64,000 nt of DNA from Halocafeteria seosinensis (lineage: Eukaryota). Below, piece by piece: positions 62,001 through 64,000 of the stretch. The translations under genes were made by a program, and so were the position numbers. The DNA lies in assembly GCA_001687465.1 (NCBI GenBank), contig LVLI01000229.1:1-64000 (forward strand). The letters run 5' to 3'. The notes under the pieces were generated by a model. The model saw nothing but the letters and a program-made list of their open reading frames with translations, was not told where the DNA came from and ran no database searches. How positions within the stretch are numbered: position 1 is the first letter of the stretch; each line of letters opens with the position of its first letter.

Positions 62001-64000
62001 ATCGTCTCCACCAGCGAGCTTCTGAAGGTCGTTCGTCATCCCTATTTGGAAATAAGTGAAGGTGAACAGCTGGTGACGTTTAATGTGCCGGAACAGAAAG
62101 GCTTCTATCAGGCATCTTTATCGCTTGGTCAGTATCGTCTGGACACCCTTTTAGAAACGAAGCCTGAACTGGTCAAGAAGCTGGACATGGAAAACTTTGT
62201 GTATCTGTGCTTGTTAGGTTTCTGCACGTACCCAGGGGACGCCAGCGCTGACAACTTTATCGTCGAGCTTTACGGCAAGCCTGGCGGTACGGCGACGAAG
62301 GTTGACTTTATTCGGCTTGTGTCGATTGACAATGACCTTTCGTTCGCCAAAAGCATGTTGCGGAAGCAGGAGAATGTGAGCAAGGGAGCCATATACGCAG
62401 ATATGCTCAACGTTCTCTACTTTTTCCCTCAAATGCAGCGACCCATTCCTGATTCTGTCCGCCAGAGAATACGAAGCCGCGACTTCTGTGAAAATTTCAT
62501 CCTCGATGTAGTCAACGAGCTGATTGCTGTCGATGGACGCTTTGATGCTTCCCCATTTGCTCGAGATGAAGATGCGAAGTTGCCATTCAGATTACCGGAA
62601 GCAAGTCTATTATATATGTATGATAACCTGGTGAAAGTGAGAGGCATACTAGGGAAAAAATGGGCTGTCACTGTTGACGATTTGTTCGATGGACTTTATC
62701 CTCAGTTGAGTCATTTTTATCGAAACTTTTGGGGCGAATTCTCTATAGATTACTCTATCGAGAGGTTATATGAAGCTGCGGACTGCGGAAAACAAGGGAA
62801 ATTTTTTGGGAAAGGTCATCGCTCACGCGTCCTTACACGAGTTAAAACATCGAAGCAGCTGGAAGGTAATGCCTATTGGGACCGGTTCAACAGCAGTATC
62901 GACCAAGAAGCGCATTTGTTATATCAATATCGCAAGGGCATTCTAGACTGTGCTTCTCAAGACCGAATCGATTCCTTCTTGGTCGGGTTCGCGACAGACC
63001 TTTCATACGTTCCCAAAGACCCATCGAGTCTACCTATTTCTGAGGCGCGGACTGTATGTACTACGACAGGTACTGAAGGTTGCACTCTTAACGATGATCG
63101 CTCAACGAGGATGATGAGGAATGTTCTAGATATGGTTCCTTATCTACATGATGATCCGGAGAAGATACTTCTGACTCTCATCCGCTCAGATCTTGATGTT
63201 AATGAAAGAGTCGATGTCCAAGGTGGGACTATTTTGCATCACCTCGTACAGCAAACATCGTCTGCCAGCGATACACATTCGCGGCTTGCTGTGGAACGCT
63301 TAATAGAATGCGGCGCTGATCCTTTCCAGACCAATAGCTCTGGCCAAACTCCCGCCGATATTACCTTGATCAAGGAAGACGTAGGTCTGCACAGTGCGTT
63401 GCATTGGATAGAACCGCAGTTAATATGGCAGCTTATGTCTCGTAGACCCTTCGACGATGATTGGAATATTTTGATACAAGAGATGACATACGTTTTGCGT
63501 CATGTTTCCTCTTTTCAATTGTGTGTCTTTCAGGGATTTCGTCAAGATGCTCTTGCTGCAGCGGCTTTGAAACATCCGAAGAACCGTCAGTTAGTGCAAG
63601 CGCTGGTGCGACGAAACGACTTTGATCAACTGGTCCCAGAAATGTATGATACCACAATTGGAAACGTTGTGGATCAGTTTGTGGAATATGTTGCTAGTAT
63701 CGATGAAGACGATGAAGACTCGTTATTGCGTCAGATTCTTTGGATATGCGGATCAACCAATACTAGTGAACCCGCATTTCGTGTGAATCCTGAGGCGATA
63801 GAGAACGCTTACGGACGCCGAAAGTGGGCAATTTTGGCCGTGCTACTTAATCACTGCGAAGCTGAATATGACTTCAACCGTCTGTCGTGGGGCAAGAATC
63901 CAGACGAGAGACGCAACATTCGCTTGGCACACGTACTACGCGGCCGAGGCCAACTTAAGGGCAGTGATTTCAAAGAAGGGATAGACTTGTATCGAAAAGG
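56070..64000 (+). CDS. Very large (>2,640 aa, 3' end beyond window) protein: ANK / inactive lipase_3-like / ANK array / PI3-PI4K- or HipA-like kinase fold / ANK
   Basis: ATG at 56070 (MAQAEDPNASR). The ORF track lists no stop-terminated ORF in this frame, which implies it stays open to the window end. Motifs read in that frame: TTLLHEVARY...VNVRDEHGDTPL; YRFIGFGIAGSVASILA...WSFGAP; ANK array; VHYKFKPYSPPHEKAV...YPGDASADNFIV...LVSIDNDLSF; GGTILHHLV...LIECGADPFQTNSSGQTP. Confidence 0.85.
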   Translation, partial: MAQAEDPNASRQALLEQCIETLSAEDSDIDHLDWFRSRERELCETLLSKGELVVFFRGSNTSTTLLHEVARYAARQNLKELTDWILARSPQVNVRDEHGDTPLNIFRREVSNHKGLGCSSPDYCEEMTDLFIDYGCIVVKSVRHVKEELEHRLDFLEEKINRQGLQNKCPEKLRKCAKGKKEELNTLKEFCGYLCSELNSVLSSFFHLKSGLLAYEEGIGETLLKGACERFLTPILGNPIKWAMEAIIQGRRKKWFQKIAGLFSAPDYISVCVEHFATEVTCYLREEILRGISRRLSIREHFDRIVEGDDPHGHPGYWQLLRAEFCQAFLKYAGSEKTKRYPIVNSNEDAIDLAQEAIWNIIPLASEGLSRTICCPISAEALHTLPLNLSAFLLALEEPRLRLEACLKQITERKGTYCILDLEECLVAGIRESDTVVIGIQCSLGQQKLLRRACCHKGKTYTISVTDGDSNENAQIDAFNLFGELAGRIWNLLFVDDQSDTSQLAEIELFHRYVLAKQTDGAPLKYRFIGFGIAGSVASILAVFVRNSFPFSAWEQVEAWSFGAPAWCSHMCAEKPNLPLYPTYQLHHEDDILFQLSFGCTSPGKTVLLSPGDKIAKEYQVSNNSKTTDSKNYFRKLMHRFHGVREYYSALRDVEKVRLEHDEPGTKSIEPTTSAMGKITGTQIQGINKFKNLMEGSHSMRLSSSTNNPSVLEEATGSITESVLEAKQSAPSAGNVNKEHILGHLKFALIQGNFDFAEQLVRTATDIQLGQVVEEFCVYSQSSALHALWNFLDKKERVTPSLWLPIGLLLRDETLIEQCLEHCKPNDHNICLLDISYFTDWEEETSPTQREFILSQVRKHHGSIHLSALNTCCLAIRLGCPSLLTRFVQADHLSLAISNRNSRLPTLFHLSCITPGMKCLQTLVQASCPQTGSDGGRANSEGPIRELVRQTESRNEVSPLFVAARFGYLTVVKYLVEHGKANVDQGRTDDGATSLFIASQNGYLTVVKYLVEHGKANVDQGTTDNGATPLHIASYIGHLDVVKYLVEHGKANVDQGRTDNGATPLHIASYNGHLDVVKYLVEHGKANVDQGTTDNGATPLHTASYNGHLDVVKYLVEHGKANVDQGMANGGTPLHFASKNGHLGVVKYLVEHGKANVDQGRTDNGATPLHFASENGHLDVVKYLVEHGKANVDQGRTDNGATPLHFASENGHLDVVKYLVEHGKANVDQGMANGGTPLHPASYNGHLDVVKYLVEHGKANVDQGMANGGTPLYFSSQNGHLDVVKYLVEQGKGMMNVAVNLGPLRPYETLLTIASKNSQCNILRYLLEQQVNITGDVNFPNSLQLCIRANVDETCMRLITLELYSMGRDLRSIRYLPSKYLDDMLRQAFVVQHRKATMRLLGAGELLQEDMLTNDLVYSSQILQEVSQIRDIRCAIFRTMSTTISTLICKLCDGTLCVGKDRDNDRSDKMTKLLVAYLRFLRTLVSRELDARFTLDFTEVGALCVILDQDPYFYGRHVLCLLKGGEGPQGTNETNSGSKRGSDEDFIAKSNEIIENKFGGTRHEQRLLSLFYLYHSVNNQALIDNETDAFLQLIQCEHYLWYEPQDVDSVLSLLDRKAHQLSLFPALYNMLKGRCFQEKGNYQKALAAYKSCLEHFPNYPEAVAEYALLIEKTSPQRQRIADVQSNQSDAASLTLQDIRHAESLAAPVDLDYIRGVREILEMRHLPFQEKHGMMSDESDNKRLRDAMAANAFASRVFKQIKDELSEEINSLRKESKPWVWLRECFSTTGSLPSSLAMFLQGLQNGGSLVRAAWRKLRSLNSVHDLIKDVNRILLELDALKKRTGRASSTTRINCLLEELWCYYRWYKSEFLRAHSSWLRRYSLDKALSVLNHLISSDHPFFLGEATVIYDELGNAYHPTVEALACLPAEGPQRGERHGIHSVIQFGQVHYKFKPYSPPHEKAVSKIGKLWTSGVSNRIVSTSELLKVVRHPYLEISEGEQLVTFNVPEQKGFYQASLSLGQYRLDTLLETKPELVKKLDMENFVYLCLLGFCTYPGDASADNFIVELYGKPGGTATKVDFIRLVSIDNDLSFAKSMLRKQENVSKGAIYADMLNVLYFFPQMQRPIPDSVRQRIRSRDFCENFILDVVNELIAVDGRFDASPFARDEDAKLPFRLPEASLLYMYDNLVKVRGILGKKWAVTVDDLFDGLYPQLSHFYRNFWGEFSIDYSIERLYEAADCGKQGKFFGKGHRSRVLTRVKTSKQLEGNAYWDRFNSSIDQEAHLLYQYRKGILDCASQDRIDSFLVGFATDLSYVPKDPSSLPISEARTVCTTTGTEGCTLNDDRSTRMMRNVLDMVPYLHDDPEKILLTLIRSDLDVNERVDVQGGTILHHLVQQTSSASDTHSRLAVERLIECGADPFQTNSSGQTPADITLIKEDVGLHSALHWIEPQLIWQLMSRRPFDDDWNILIQEMTYVLRHVSSFQLCVFQGFRQDALAAAALKHPKNRQLVQALVRRNDFDQLVPEMYDTTIGNVVDQFVEYVASIDEDDEDSLLRQILWICGSTNTSEPAFRVNPEAIENAYGRRKWAILAVLLNHCEAEYDFNRLSWGKNPDERRNIRLAHVLRGRGQLKGSDFKEGIDLYRK
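58940..59945 (+). repeat. Coding tandem array of ~10 near-identical ankyrin repeats (105- or 102-bp units)
   Basis: gtcaagtatctcgtcga[g/a]catggaaaggccaatgtggatcaagga recurs 9 times plus a final partial unit. Consensus GATPLHxASxNGHLDVVKYLVEHGKANVDQGRTDN. Confidence 0.95.

Overview
Gene-dense eukaryotic (protist-like) DNA with short GT-AG introns. The gene set (IP3/ryanodine-receptor-family channel, AP2 factor, 7TM-INPP4 fusion) would fit a stramenopile, but the organism cannot be established from sequence alone. Recognisable genes: a HAD 5'(3')-nucleotidase fused to an Alba domain, a large FN3/TPR/WD40/LysM protein, IMP4, a ~4,250-aa IP3R/RyR-family Ca2+ channel, a frameshifted P-loop ATPase, a double-AP2 transcription factor, a GLUG-repeat surface protein, a 7TM-inositol polyphosphate 4-phosphatase fusion, and two paralogous Con7-like C2H2 factors. 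A >2,600-aa ANK / pseudo-lipase / ANK-array / kinase-like ORF runs off the right end and is missing from the ORF track. Mobile DNA debris includes two diverged copies of a dispersed repeat (one next to a DUF3505-like zinc-finger ORF), a CRE-clade non-LTR 3' fragment and two tiny (TG)n-tailed insertions with target-site duplications. The most striking object is the IP3R-family channel: it carries two bacterial-type Cache sensor modules at its cytosolic N-terminus while several IP3-coordinating residues appear substituted, suggesting a Ca2+-release channel gated by a different small molecule. All domain calls are by-eye motif recognition, not database searches.
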